Shown: positions 28,590 to 37,079 of the stretch, piece by piece | Layout of the letters: every line of letters begins with the position of its first letter | How positions within the stretch are numbered: position 1 is the first letter of the stretch | Assembly (NCBI GenBank): GCA_035295465.1 | Contig: DATGIZ010000042.1 | Span: 91,614-155,613, forward strand | DNA length: 64,000 nucleotides | Source of the DNA: Candidatus Binatia bacterium | GTDB lineage: Bacteria; Desulfobacterota; Binatia; DP-6 | Reading direction: 5' to 3' | Notes under the pieces: model-generated | Database searches by the model: none | What the model was told of the DNA's origin: nothing | Seen by the model: the letters and a program-made list of their open reading frames with translations, nothing else | Position numbers and translations under genes: made by a program

Positions 28590-30356
28590 ATGCGCAGATT
28601 CCCTGCCGTCCTCGTCGCCGCCTCTACCGGGCTCGCGGCCCTCGTGCTCCTGGGTCGCGCCACCCCCGGGGGCACGGTTACGACCCTCCTCCAGGCGCTC
28701 CCCGACCCCAACACGACCGGAATCGCCGGCGACGAGTTCGGGACGTCGGTCGCCGTCGGCGGCGGGCTCGTCGTCGTCGGCGCCCCGCTCGAGGATTCGG
28801 TCGCCACCCGCTCGGGGGTCGCGCTCGTCTTCGACGTGCGCAGCGGCCAGCAGCTCCAGCGCCTCAAGAAGGCGCTGCCGGTGCGGGATGATCGGATGGG
28901 CGCCGCGGTCGCGGTGATCGGCTCGAGCACGGTCGCCGTCGGCGTGCCGGGCGACAACGGGACGTCGAGCAGCACCACCGTGCACTACGGCGCGGTCCTG
29001 CTGTTCGACGCGACGAGCGGCGCCCTCGTCCGCACCCTCCGGGCGCCGGTGCAGAATCAGAACGCCCACTTCGGCACGGCGCTCGCCGCCGTCGGGCCGT
29101 CGCTGCTGGCGGTGGGCGCCCCCGACGATCAGGTCGGCACCGTGACCGGTGGCGCCGTGTACCTGTTCGACCTCACGAGCAGCGCGGCGCCGCAGGTGCT
29201 CACCGAGCCCAGCCCGGCCGCCAACGACGAGTTCGGCACGGCGCTGGCCGCGGTCGGCAGCAACCTGCTCGTCGGCGCGCCCGGGCCCGTGGGAGGCAAC
29301 AAGGCGGGCGCCGCCTATCTCTTCACCCCGGGCAGCGGGGACCCGCCGGTGCCGTTCGCCAACCCCGATGCGAGCACGGGCTCGCTCTTCGGCGCGGCCG
29401 TGGCCGGCGTCGGCGGCAACGTGCTCGTCGGGGCGCCGCAGGACAGCACGGGCCGCGGCGTCGCGTGGTTGTTCCGGCCCGACGGCACGTCGATCCGGGA
29501 CCTGTGCAGCGGGCTGGCGCACACCACCGACAACTGCGGCGCCGCGGTGGCCGGCCGGGGAGCCGACGCGCTCGTCGGCGCACCCAAGACCACGGTGGCG
29601 CAGAAGAACGGCGCCGGGGTCGTCTACTTCGTGGCCGCCGATGGCAGCGTCGAGACCATCGTCGACCCGGCTCCGGCGGGCAAGAATGATCACTTCGGGC
29701 AGGCGGTGGCGGCCCTCGGCGGCTTCCTCGCGTTGGCGGCGCCCGACCGCGCCGTGGGCCAGCTCGCGGACTCGGGCTACGTCTACGTCTACGGCGCGCC
29801 GCTGCCGCCGGGCACGTGCGCGCAGGACGCCGACTGCCCAGAGGGCGAGACGTGCAGCGCCACGGGCATGTGCGTGACGCCGCCGCCGGGTGGCGGTGGC
29901 GGTGGGGGTGGCGGCGGGGGCGGCGCGGACTGCCGGACCGCGGGGCCGACGGCCTGCGACGACGGCGACCTGTGCACGGTGGACACGTGCGAGGCCGGTA
30001 CCGGCGAGTGTGTCCACGCCGCCCAGGAAGGCATCGGGGCGGTCGACTGCCGAGTCGCGCGGATCGCCGCGCTGCTCGCCCCCAACATCGGCGCCTTCCG
30101 GGGGCCGCTGGTGCTCAAGGTGAGGAAGCTCGTCTCCCAGGCGCAGCTCGAGGTGAGCGCCGTCGAGACCGCACCGTCGAAGCGACTCGCTCGGCGCAAC
30201 CTCAACCGGACCGGGGCCACGCTCACGACCTTCCTGCGCGCGGTCAAGCGCGCGGGCAAGCATGGGCGCATCGACTCGGGGCTCGCGGGCGAGTTCGTGT
30301 CGCTCGCGAGCGACGCGCTCGCGCAGATCCCCGCGGCGCGCCGGAGCCTGCGCTAG
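28590..30356 (+). CDS. Secreted FG-GAP (integrin-alpha-like) repeat protein with C-terminal Myxococcus-type Cys-rich repeats and a Gly12 linker.
   Basis: The signal peptide is MRRFPAVLVAASTGLAALVLLG. FG-GAP-like units recur (FGTSVAVGGG, FGTALAAVG, FGAAVAGVG, FGQAVAALG). Cys-rich modules follow (CAQDADCPEGETCSATGMC and CDDGDLCTVDTCEAGTGECVH). The alternative ATG at 28512 lacks a signal peptide. Confidence 0.7.
   Translation: MRRFPAVLVAASTGLAALVLLGRATPGGTVTTLLQALPDPNTTGIAGDEFGTSVAVGGGLVVVGAPLEDSVATRSGVALVFDVRSGQQLQRLKKALPVRDDRMGAAVAVIGSSTVAVGVPGDNGTSSSTTVHYGAVLLFDATSGALVRTLRAPVQNQNAHFGTALAAVGPSLLAVGAPDDQVGTVTGGAVYLFDLTSSAAPQVLTEPSPAANDEFGTALAAVGSNLLVGAPGPVGGNKAGAAYLFTPGSGDPPVPFANPDASTGSLFGAAVAGVGGNVLVGAPQDSTGRGVAWLFRPDGTSIRDLCSGLAHTTDNCGAAVAGRGADALVGAPKTTVAQKNGAGVVYFVAADGSVETIVDPAPAGKNDHFGQAVAALGGFLALAAPDRAVGQLADSGYVYVYGAPLPPGTCAQDADCPEGETCSATGMCVTPPPGGGGGGGGGGGGADCRTAGPTACDDGDLCTVDTCEAGTGECVHAAQEGIGAVDCRVARIAALLAPNIGAFRGPLVLKVRKLVSQAQLEVSAVETAPSKRLARRNLNRTGATLTTFLRAVKRAGKHGRIDSGLAGEFVSLASDALAQIPAARRSLR
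29889..29924 (+). repeat. (GGN)12 simple-sequence tract encoding a Gly12 linker inside the FG-GAP protein.
   Basis: The sequence reads ggt ggc ggt ggc ggt ggg ggt ggc ggc ggg ggc ggc. Confidence 0.8.
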
Positions 30357-30365
30357 ACACGCCGC

Positions 30366-33300
30366 TCACCGGTAGTCGTGCTCGCCGGGCGGCGCGCCGG
30401 CCGCCTCGAGCCGTCGCAGCCGCTCGGCCCGCACGTGCGTCACGCCGTCGCGGCGCTCGAGGCGACCCGCCACCTCGATGAGCGGGGCCGTGTTGAGGAG
30501 CACGCGCCAGCGCTCGTAGAGCGGCGGGGTGAGGAACGCGTTCGCCGTCCCGGTCTCGTCCTCGAGCGTGAGGAAGCACATGCCCTTCGCCGTCCCCGGC
30601 CGCTGGCGGACGATCACGTGGCCGGCGACGCGGACCTGCCCGCCGTGCGGGACCCGGGCCAAGTCGCGCGTCGCGCACACGCCGGCGGCGGCGAGCCGCG
30701 AGCGCAGGTGCGCCATCACGTGCGGGCCCGTGGTGAGCTGCGTCGCCGCGTAGTCGGCGGCGGTCTCCTCGAGCGGGGTCATCGGCGCGAGCGGCGCCGC
30801 CGCCTCGGGGCGCACGTGGGCGAGCAGCGACGCCGGATCCCGCTCGGCGGCGGCCGCCTGCCAGAGCGCCGCGCGGCGCGCGAGCCCCAGGCCGGCGAAC
30901 GCGCCCGCGTACGCCAGCGCCTCGACCTCGTCGCGGGCGAGCTCGCCCGCCTGCGCCGCCTCGGCGACGCTCGCGAAGGGGCGCCGGGCGACGAGCCGCT
31001 CCGCCGCCTCCCGCCGCAGCCCGCGCACGTAGCGCAGGCCGAGGCGGACCGCGAGCCCGCTCTCGCCCGCCTCGAGCGTGCACTTCCACCGCGAGCGGCC
31101 GGCGTCGATCGGCCGGAAGACCACGCCGTGGCGCTCGGCGTCCTTCACCAGCGTCGCGGGGTGGTAGAACCCCATCGGCCAGCAGTTGAGCAGCGCGCAG
31201 ACGAAGGCCGCCGGATGGTGCGCCTTCAGGTACGCCGAGGCATAGGCGATCAGCGCGAAGCTCGCCGCGTGCGACTCGGGGAAGCCGTAGAGCGCGAACG
31301 ACGTGATGCTGCGCACGATGTCGTCCTGCACGGCGCCGGTGATGCCGCGCGCGGCCATACCGGCGCGCAGCCGCGCCTCGATCGCCGCCATGCGCTCGAC
31401 CGAGCGCTTGAAGCCCATCGCGCGGCGCAGCTCCTCGGCCTCGCCGCCGCTGAAGCCGGCGACCGCCATCGCGATCCGCAGGAGCTGCTCCTGGAAGAGC
31501 GGGACGCCGAGCGTGCGGGCGAGGATCGGCTCGAGCGCGGGGTGCGCGTAGGTGACCGGCGCGAGCCCGGCGCGGCGCCGGAGGTAGGGATGGACCATCT
31601 GCCCCACGATCGGCCCGGGGCGGATGATCGCCACCTCGACGACGAGATCGTAGAAGCGCGCCGGCTTGAGCCGTGGCAGCGTCGCCATCTGCGCGCGGCT
31701 CTCGACCTGGAAGACGCCGATCGTGTCGGCCTGTTGGAGCATCGCGTAGACCCTGGGGTCGTCCGGGGGGAGATGCGCGAGGTCGAGGTCGACCCCCTCG
31801 TGCGCCCGCACCAGCGGGAGCGCCTCCTCGAGCGCCGCCAGCATGCCGAGGCCGAGGAGGTCGACCTTGATGAGGCCCAAGTCGGCACAGTCGTCCTTGT
31901 CCCACTGGACGACGTGGCGGCCGGGCATCGCGGCGGGCTCGAGCGGGACGACCTCGTCGAGGCGGCCGGCGGCGATCACGAGGCCGCCGGTGTGCTGGCC
32001 CAGGTGTCGCGGCAGCCCTTGGATGCGGCGCACGAGGTCGACCAGCAGCGCGATGCGCGGCGCCGCCGGGTCGACGCCGCCGTGGCGGAGCTGCGCCGCG
32101 AGCTCGTCGTGCGCGTCGTGCCAGCCGTGCGCGCGCAGCAGCCTCGTGAGCCGGTCGACCTGCTCCGCCGCGAGGCCGAGCGCCTTGCCGACCTCGCGCA
32201 CGGCGCTGCGCGTGCGGTAGGTGACGACCGCGGCCGTCATGGCGGCTCCGCGCTCGCCGTAGCGGCGGTAGACGTACTGGATGACGTCTTCGCGGCGCTC
32301 CCCGCTCGGGAGGTCGAGGTCGATGTCCGGCCACTCCCCGCGCTCCTCGGAGAGGAAGCGCTCGAAGAGGAGGTCCATCGAGACCGCGTCGACGGCGGTG
32401 ATGCCGAGCGCGTAGCAGACCGCGCTGTTGGCGGCCGAGCCGCGGCCCTGCACGAGGATGCCGCGCTCTCGGCAGAAGCGGACGATGTCCCACACGATGA
32501 GGAAGTAGCCCGCGAGGCCGAGCCGCTCGATGACGCCGAGCTCGTGCGCGAGCTGGCGGCGGACGCGCGGGCCCGGCGGCCGCCAGCGCTCGCGCGCGCC
32601 CGCCTCCGTGAGGGCGCGCAGCCGGCCGATCGGCGTCTCGCCCGGCGGCAGCGCGGGCTCGGGGAAGCGGTAGCCCAAGTCGGCGAGCGTGAACGCGCAG
32701 CGCTCGGCGATCCGCCGGCTCGCGCGGATCCACGCGGGCCGGTCGCCGAAGAGCGCCGCCATCTCCGCGGGCGCCTTCAAGTGCCGCTCGGCGTTGGCGA
32801 GCAGCCGGCGGCCGGCGGCGTCGAGCGTCGTGCCCAGCCGGATGGCGGTGAGCACGTCGAGGAGCGGGCGCGCGCCGGGCGTGGCGTGGCGGACGTCGTT
32901 GGTGGCGACCACCGGCACGCCGTGGGCCTCGGCCAGGTCGGCGAGCCGGCGCATGGCGCGCTCCTCGGCGCGCTCGCGGTGGCGGTGGACGTCGACGGCG
33001 AGGCGGGCCGGGAAGAGCGCGCGCAGCCGGTCGAGGATCGCCGCCGCGTCGGGGCCGGCGAGCGGGCCGTCCGTGCCGCCGGCGAGGCAGAAGAGGCCGC
33101 CCGCGTGCTCTTCGAGCTGCGCCCAGTCGACCACGCCCGCGCCCTTCGGCCGTCCCATCGCGGCGTCGGTGAGCAGCCGGCAGAGGCGGCGGTAGCCGTG
33201 GCGGTCCTCGACCAGGAGGAGGATGGTGCCGCCGGCCGCGAGCGGGACCTCGGCGCCGACGAGCGCGCGCATGCCCGCGCGGCGCGCCGCCTGGAAGAAG

Positions 33301-33458
33301 CGCGGCGCGCCGTAGACGCCGCCGCGGTCGGCGAGCGCGAGCGCGTCGTAGCCGAGCGCCGCGGCGCGGTCGGCCAGGTCCTCGGGCAGCGAGGCACCGG
33401 TGAGGAAGCTGAAGGCGCTGCGGCAGCGCAGCTCGACGTAGTCAGTCGTAGACCCCAT
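30366..33458 (-). CDS. dnaE2: Error-prone DNA polymerase III alpha-subunit paralog DnaE2 (ImuC).
   Basis: The N-terminal PHP motif (YVELRCRSAFSFLTGAS), the approximately 1030-aa length, and the position downstream of imuA-imuB all fit. Confidence 0.9.
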   Translation of the reverse strand: MGSTTDYVELRCRSAFSFLTGASLPEDLADRAAALGYDALALADRGGVYGAPRFFQAARRAGMRALVGAEVPLAAGGTILLLVEDRHGYRRLCRLLTDAAMGRPKGAGVVDWAQLEEHAGGLFCLAGGTDGPLAGPDAAAILDRLRALFPARLAVDVHRHRERAEERAMRRLADLAEAHGVPVVATNDVRHATPGARPLLDVLTAIRLGTTLDAAGRRLLANAERHLKAPAEMAALFGDRPAWIRASRRIAERCAFTLADLGYRFPEPALPPGETPIGRLRALTEAGARERWRPPGPRVRRQLAHELGVIERLGLAGYFLIVWDIVRFCRERGILVQGRGSAANSAVCYALGITAVDAVSMDLLFERFLSEERGEWPDIDLDLPSGERREDVIQYVYRRYGERGAAMTAAVVTYRTRSAVREVGKALGLAAEQVDRLTRLLRAHGWHDAHDELAAQLRHGGVDPAAPRIALLVDLVRRIQGLPRHLGQHTGGLVIAAGRLDEVVPLEPAAMPGRHVVQWDKDDCADLGLIKVDLLGLGMLAALEEALPLVRAHEGVDLDLAHLPPDDPRVYAMLQQADTIGVFQVESRAQMATLPRLKPARFYDLVVEVAIIRPGPIVGQMVHPYLRRRAGLAPVTYAHPALEPILARTLGVPLFQEQLLRIAMAVAGFSGGEAEELRRAMGFKRSVERMAAIEARLRAGMAARGITGAVQDDIVRSITSFALYGFPESHAASFALIAYASAYLKAHHPAAFVCALLNCWPMGFYHPATLVKDAERHGVVFRPIDAGRSRWKCTLEAGESGLAVRLGLRYVRGLRREAAERLVARRPFASVAEAAQAGELARDEVEALAYAGAFAGLGLARRAALWQAAAAERDPASLLAHVRPEAAAPLAPMTPLEETAADYAATQLTTGPHVMAHLRSRLAAAGVCATRDLARVPHGGQVRVAGHVIVRQRPGTAKGMCFLTLEDETGTANAFLTPPLYERWRVLLNTAPLIEVAGRLERRDGVTHVRAERLRRLEAAGAPPGEHDYR

Positions 33459-34926
33459 CGACGAACCAGCGCGCCGAGTCGCATTCCCGGTAGCAGCGGT
33501 AGATGCCGCCGTCGGTGAGCTCCAGGTCCCAGTAGTCGCGCGCGAGCGGCGCCGCGCTCCACCACTGTGCGGCGATCCGCCATGGCCCCGCGGCGCCCAC
33601 GACCCGCCCGCCGAGCCCGTCGCCGCGCACGAAGGCGGGCGCGTCGCGCTCGGCGAACACCTCGATCGCGCGCGGCGGGCGCAGCGCGCGCACCACGAGG
33701 CGGCAGCAGGTCGCTGCGGCGGCGGGCGACCCCGGCGCGTCCGCCGGGGCGGGCGCGAAGGGCACGACGGCCGCCGCGCCGGGACGGTGCGTGTCGACCG
33801 GGGCGGGCGCGCCGACGCGGTCCGCGCCGCAGAGCGCGGAGAGCCGGGCGAGCGTGGTGGCGAGCCGCTCCGGCGCGGGGCCCGGAGGAACGAAGAGCCC
33901 GAGCTGGACGGGCCGCACCGTGGCGGGCACCACGACGAGCCGCACGTGCTCGACCGCCGCCCGCGGCGGCTGCGCCTCGATCGCGACGCGGAGACAGGCG
34001 AGGAGCGTCTTCCCGTCGCGCGTCGAGGCGGCGAGCGCGATCCCGCGCGCGTCGCGGCTGCGGTCGCCCAAGCCGAGCACGAGATCGACGCGCGCGCAGC
34101 CGGCGCCGGTGAGCGCGAGCCGGGCGACGGCCCGCTCGATCAGCCCGCGCAGCACGAAGAGCAGCGGCTCGAGCGCGTCGATCGGGTGCTCGAGCGTCGT
34201 CGTCTCCTCGACCGTGCCGTCCGCCGGCCGGGGAGCGAGCGGGCGCTCGTCCTCGCCGCGGGCGGCGGCGACGAGCGCGGCGCCGGCGCGGCCGAGCCGG
34301 GTGGCGACCTCGGCGCCCGGGAGGCGCGCGAGGTCGCCGAGACGCGCGACGCCCCAGCGCGCGAGCGTGGCGGTGACGTCGGCGGGCGGCGCGAGGCAGG
34401 CGAGCGGGAGCGGCGCCAGGAAGCCGCGCTCCGTCCCCGCCGGGACGACCTGTGCGCCGTCGCCGTGGAGGGCCGCCAAGCGGGCGACGGTCATGCTCGC
34501 GCCCACGCCCGCGCGCGCGGCGAGCCCGACGCGTGCCGCGCGGGCGACCAGCGCGGTGGCGAGCCCGGCTTCGCCGGCGACGAGATGGGCGCCGCCCGCG
34601 GCGTCGAGGAAGACGGCGCCGTCGGCCGCCACCTCGATCCGCTGCGCGAGCGAGGCCGCCACGTCGGCGAGCGCGAGCGCGGCCGAGCGCTCGCCGGCGA
34701 GGTCGCGCGGGCGGACGGCCACGTCGGCGGCCGCGGCGCGCGCCTGCGTGGCGGTCAGGCCGGGACGGATGCGGCGGGCCCGGGCCGCGGCCGAGACGGC
34801 GACGACCCGGGCGTGCGGCCCGCGCCCGTCGGTGAGGGCCAGCGGCCGGTCGGCGAGGTCGGGATCCGCGCGGCAGGCGGCGGCGACGGCGAGATCGGGA
34901 ACCAGGACGCAGGCGATGCGCGGCAT
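33442..34926 (-). CDS. imuB: ImuB, a Y-family polymerase-like mutasome subunit.
   Basis: It has a UmuC-like N-terminus (MPRIACVLVPDLAVAAACRADPDLADRPLALTD...). It overlaps the dnaE2 start by 17 nt and sits 12 nt after imuA. Confidence 0.85.
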   Translation of the reverse strand: MPRIACVLVPDLAVAAACRADPDLADRPLALTDGRGPHARVVAVSAAARARRIRPGLTATQARAAAADVAVRPRDLAGERSAALALADVAASLAQRIEVAADGAVFLDAAGGAHLVAGEAGLATALVARAARVGLAARAGVGASMTVARLAALHGDGAQVVPAGTERGFLAPLPLACLAPPADVTATLARWGVARLGDLARLPGAEVATRLGRAGAALVAAARGEDERPLAPRPADGTVEETTTLEHPIDALEPLLFVLRGLIERAVARLALTGAGCARVDLVLGLGDRSRDARGIALAASTRDGKTLLACLRVAIEAQPPRAAVEHVRLVVVPATVRPVQLGLFVPPGPAPERLATTLARLSALCGADRVGAPAPVDTHRPGAAAVVPFAPAPADAPGSPAAAATCCRLVVRALRPPRAIEVFAERDAPAFVRGDGLGGRVVGAAGPWRIAAQWWSAAPLARDYWDLELTDGGIYRCYRECDSARWFVDGVYD

Positions 34927-34938
34927 CGGACGCGCTCC

Positions 34939-35607
34939 TCACGCACAGGCCTGCCTCACGACGAACACCTGTCCCGACGGCCCGACCCGGCTCAGCGCAA
35001 CCGTGATCCGCGCCTCGATGCCGTCGAGCAACGCGAGCCGCCCCGGGCCGCCGCTCCAGCGCACCCGCCGCGCCGTCGTCTCGAGGGCGAGCGCCGCCCC
35101 CGATCCCGCCACCCGCTCGGGAGCGACGACGAGCAGCGTGCTGCGTGTCGCGGCCGCCGCCCGCGCGAGCCGCAACGCGCGCTCCCGCGGCACGCGCGGC
35201 GTGTCGAGGTCGAGCACGACCAGCCCGAAGCCGCCGGCGCCGAGCAGCACCTCGGCGGCCCGCAACGCGTCGAGCGGGGCAGGGGGCCGGACCCAGAGCG
35301 TGCGGTCGAGCCGCACGCCCGCGGCGGCGAGGGCCTCGGGGTCGAGCGCGTCGGCCGGGTCGACCCAGGCGATCGTCTCGCCCGCCCGCGTGGCGCTCGC
35401 CGCCACGTGCGCGGCGAGCCCCGTGCGCCCCGTGCTTCGCGGCCCCACCAGCTCGGTCATCCGCCCGCGCGGCAGCCCGCCGCCGAGCGCCCGGTCGAGG
35501 GCCGCGAGCCCGACCGGCAGGCGGCGGACCGCCCCGGCGGGCTCCGTCCCGAGGCGCAGGCTCCCCGGCCTGCCGAGCCGATCGAGGAGAACGGCGGCGG
35601 CGGACAT
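34939..35607 (-). CDS. imuA: ImuA, a RecA/SulA-fold mutasome component.
   Basis: It has the pattern LPVGLAALDRALGGGLPRGRMTELVGPRSTGRTGLAAHVAA...IAWVDPADALDPEALAAAGV and sits first in the imuA-imuB-dnaE2 order. Confidence 0.75.
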   Translation of the reverse strand: MSAAAVLLDRLGRPGSLRLGTEPAGAVRRLPVGLAALDRALGGGLPRGRMTELVGPRSTGRTGLAAHVAASATRAGETIAWVDPADALDPEALAAAGVRLDRTLWVRPPAPLDALRAAEVLLGAGGFGLVVLDLDTPRVPRERALRLARAAAATRSTLLVVAPERVAGSGAALALETTARRVRWSGGPGRLALLDGIEARITVALSRVGPSGQVFVVRQACA

Positions 35608-35640
35608 GGGGCCATGTATTTCGCCTTTTATTCGCCCCCG
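35608..35640 (-). promoter_or_regulatory. AT-rich 32-nt spacer with the tandem direct repeat GGCGAATAAAA / GGCGAAATACA between the enoyl-CoA hydratase stop and the imuA start; candidate operator/promoter (possible SOS box).
   Basis: The minus strand reads TGA CGGGGGCGAATAAAAGGCGAAATACATGGCCCC ATG. It is the only AT-rich patch in the region. TTGACG straddles the upstream stop codon. Confidence 0.35.
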
Positions 35641-36483
35641 TCAAGACCGGCGCCACCAGGGATAGAAGGGAGGCATGTCCGTGCTCGGCCGCATGGTGAA
35701 GCGGGCGGGCCGCTTCTCGAGAAAGGCGGCGACGCCCTCGCGCGCGTCGGCCGAGCGGCCCATCCAGTAGATGGCCTTCGAGTCGACGCGGTGCGCCTCC
35801 AGCGGGTGGTCGGCGCCGAGCATCCGCCAGAGGAGCTGGCGTGCGAGAGCCACCGAGACCGCCGAGGTGTTCTCCGCGATCTCGCGCGCGATCGCGCGCG
35901 CCGCGGCGAGCAGCGCCTCGGGGGCGACGACGCGGCTGACGAGCCCGGCGGCCAGCGCCTCCTCGGCCGGGAAGATGCGCCCCGTGTAGACCCATTCCGC
36001 GGCCCGCCCGATCCCCACCACCCGCGGCAAGAACCAGCTCGAGCATGCCTCGGGGACGATCCCCCGGCGGGTGAACACGAAGCCCATGCGCGCCGCCGTC
36101 GAGGCGATCCGCACGTCCATCGGCAGCGTCATGGTGACGCCGACGCCGACCGCCGCGCCGTTGATCGCCGCGATCACCGGCTTGGTCGACTCGAAGATGC
36201 GCAGGGCCACCTGCCCGCCGCCGTCGCGGTGCTCGTCGATCGTCTCGTGCGCGGAGGCGTCGAAGGTGCGCGCGCCGGCGCCGAGATCGGCTCCCGCGCA
36301 GAAGGCCCGGCCGGCGCCGGTGACGATCACCGCACGCACGGCGTCGTCGGCGTCGGCGCGGTCGAAGGCGTCGATCAGCTCGCGCATCATGCGCGCGGTG
36401 AAGGCGTTGAGCCGCTCGGGCCGGTCGAGCGTCAACGTGAGAACGCCGTCGGCCGTCTCGTAGCGGATCTGCTCGTAGGTCAT
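35641..36483 (-). CDS. Enoyl-CoA hydratase/isomerase (crotonase family).
   Basis: Crotonase motifs are present (VIVTGAGRAFCAGADL, ...KPVIAAINGAAVGVGVTMTLPMDVRIAS). A GGAGGG ribosome-binding site precedes the ATG at 36483. Confidence 0.85.
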   Translation of the reverse strand: MTYEQIRYETADGVLTLTLDRPERLNAFTARMMRELIDAFDRADADDAVRAVIVTGAGRAFCAGADLGAGARTFDASAHETIDEHRDGGGQVALRIFESTKPVIAAINGAAVGVGVTMTLPMDVRIASTAARMGFVFTRRGIVPEACSSWFLPRVVGIGRAAEWVYTGRIFPAEEALAAGLVSRVVAPEALLAAARAIAREIAENTSAVSVALARQLLWRMLGADHPLEAHRVDSKAIYWMGRSADAREGVAAFLEKRPARFTMRPSTDMPPFYPWWRRS

Positions 36484-36668
36484 GCGCCCTCCGTGACCTT
36501 CGCGAGCTCGTAGTCGAGCTCCTCGGTCGTGCCCCCGTCGTCGAGGGTGACCGTGTAGCTCCACGCGCCATTGGAGGCCGTCAGCCGCTCGCCGACCACG
36601 CGCCCGCGCCGCCCGTCGCGCAGCACGACTCGGTCGCCGATCTCGATGCGTCCCGCCGGTGGTTGCAT
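36480..36668 (-). CDS. Small protein (62 aa), DUF1918-like, translationally coupled (ATGA) to the enoyl-CoA hydratase.
   Basis: The sequence is MQPPAGRIEIGDRVVLRDGRRGRVVGERLTASNGAWSYTVTLDDGGTTEELDYELAKV. Its stop overlaps the hydratase ATG. Confidence 0.5.
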   Translation of the reverse strand: MQPPAGRIEIGDRVVLRDGRRGRVVGERLTASNGAWSYTVTLDDGGTTEELDYELAKVTEGA

Positions 36669-36677
36669 GCGCGGAGC

Positions 36678-37079
36678 CTACCTGCCCACGGCCTCGACGT
36701 GAAACGAGCGGATCGCGGGGTCGTTCGGCAGCGCGACCACGAACGTCGCCGTGCGGCCGGGCGGCACCGCCTGTGGCGTCGGCAGGGCCTCGGCGCGCGC
36801 CACCACCGCGCCGTGGGCGTCGAGCCCCTCCACCCACACCGCGAGGTCGCGGCTCGCGCGCGAGCCGGTGTTGTGCACGGTCCCCTCGACGTAGAGCTCC
36901 CGGCCGTCCGCGCTCGGCGTCTGCTCGAGGTCGGCCCCGATCGTGAAGTCCGCGGTGGTCGACGGCGGGAGCGGCTGCTCGCCGAGCGGCGGGGCGGGAG
37001 CGGGGGGCGGCGCCGGCGGGGGCCTCGAGACCGGCGCGCAGCCCGCGAGGAGCAGCGCCGCCGCGACGAGACCCCTCAG
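36678..37079 (-). CDS. Lipoprotein with a C-terminal beta-sandwich-like domain, possibly FxLYD-like; the start codon is uncertain (possible CTG).
   Basis: The lipobox is LVAAALLLAGC and a Pro-rich linker follows. The domain reads ...DGRELYVEGTVHNTGSRASRDLAVWVEGLDAHGAVVARAE...ATFVVALPND. There is no in-frame ATG/GTG/TTG near the signal peptide. A GGAGG lies 7 nt before an in-frame CTG that overlaps the MaoC stop. Confidence 0.45.
   Translation of the reverse strand: MRGLVAAALLLAGCAPVSRPPPAPPPAPAPPLGEQPLPPSTTADFTIGADLEQTPSADGRELYVEGTVHNTGSRASRDLAVWVEGLDAHGAVVARAEALPTPQAVPPGRTATFVVALPNDPAIRSFHVEAVGR

Noticed and set aside
32777-36571. A 1264-aa minus ORF, and 908-aa and 624-aa plus ORFs, spanning imuA/imuB/ECH.
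   Set aside because: They have low-complexity Arg/Ala-rich translations. The region is fully explained by dnaE2, imuB, imuA and the enoyl-CoA hydratase.
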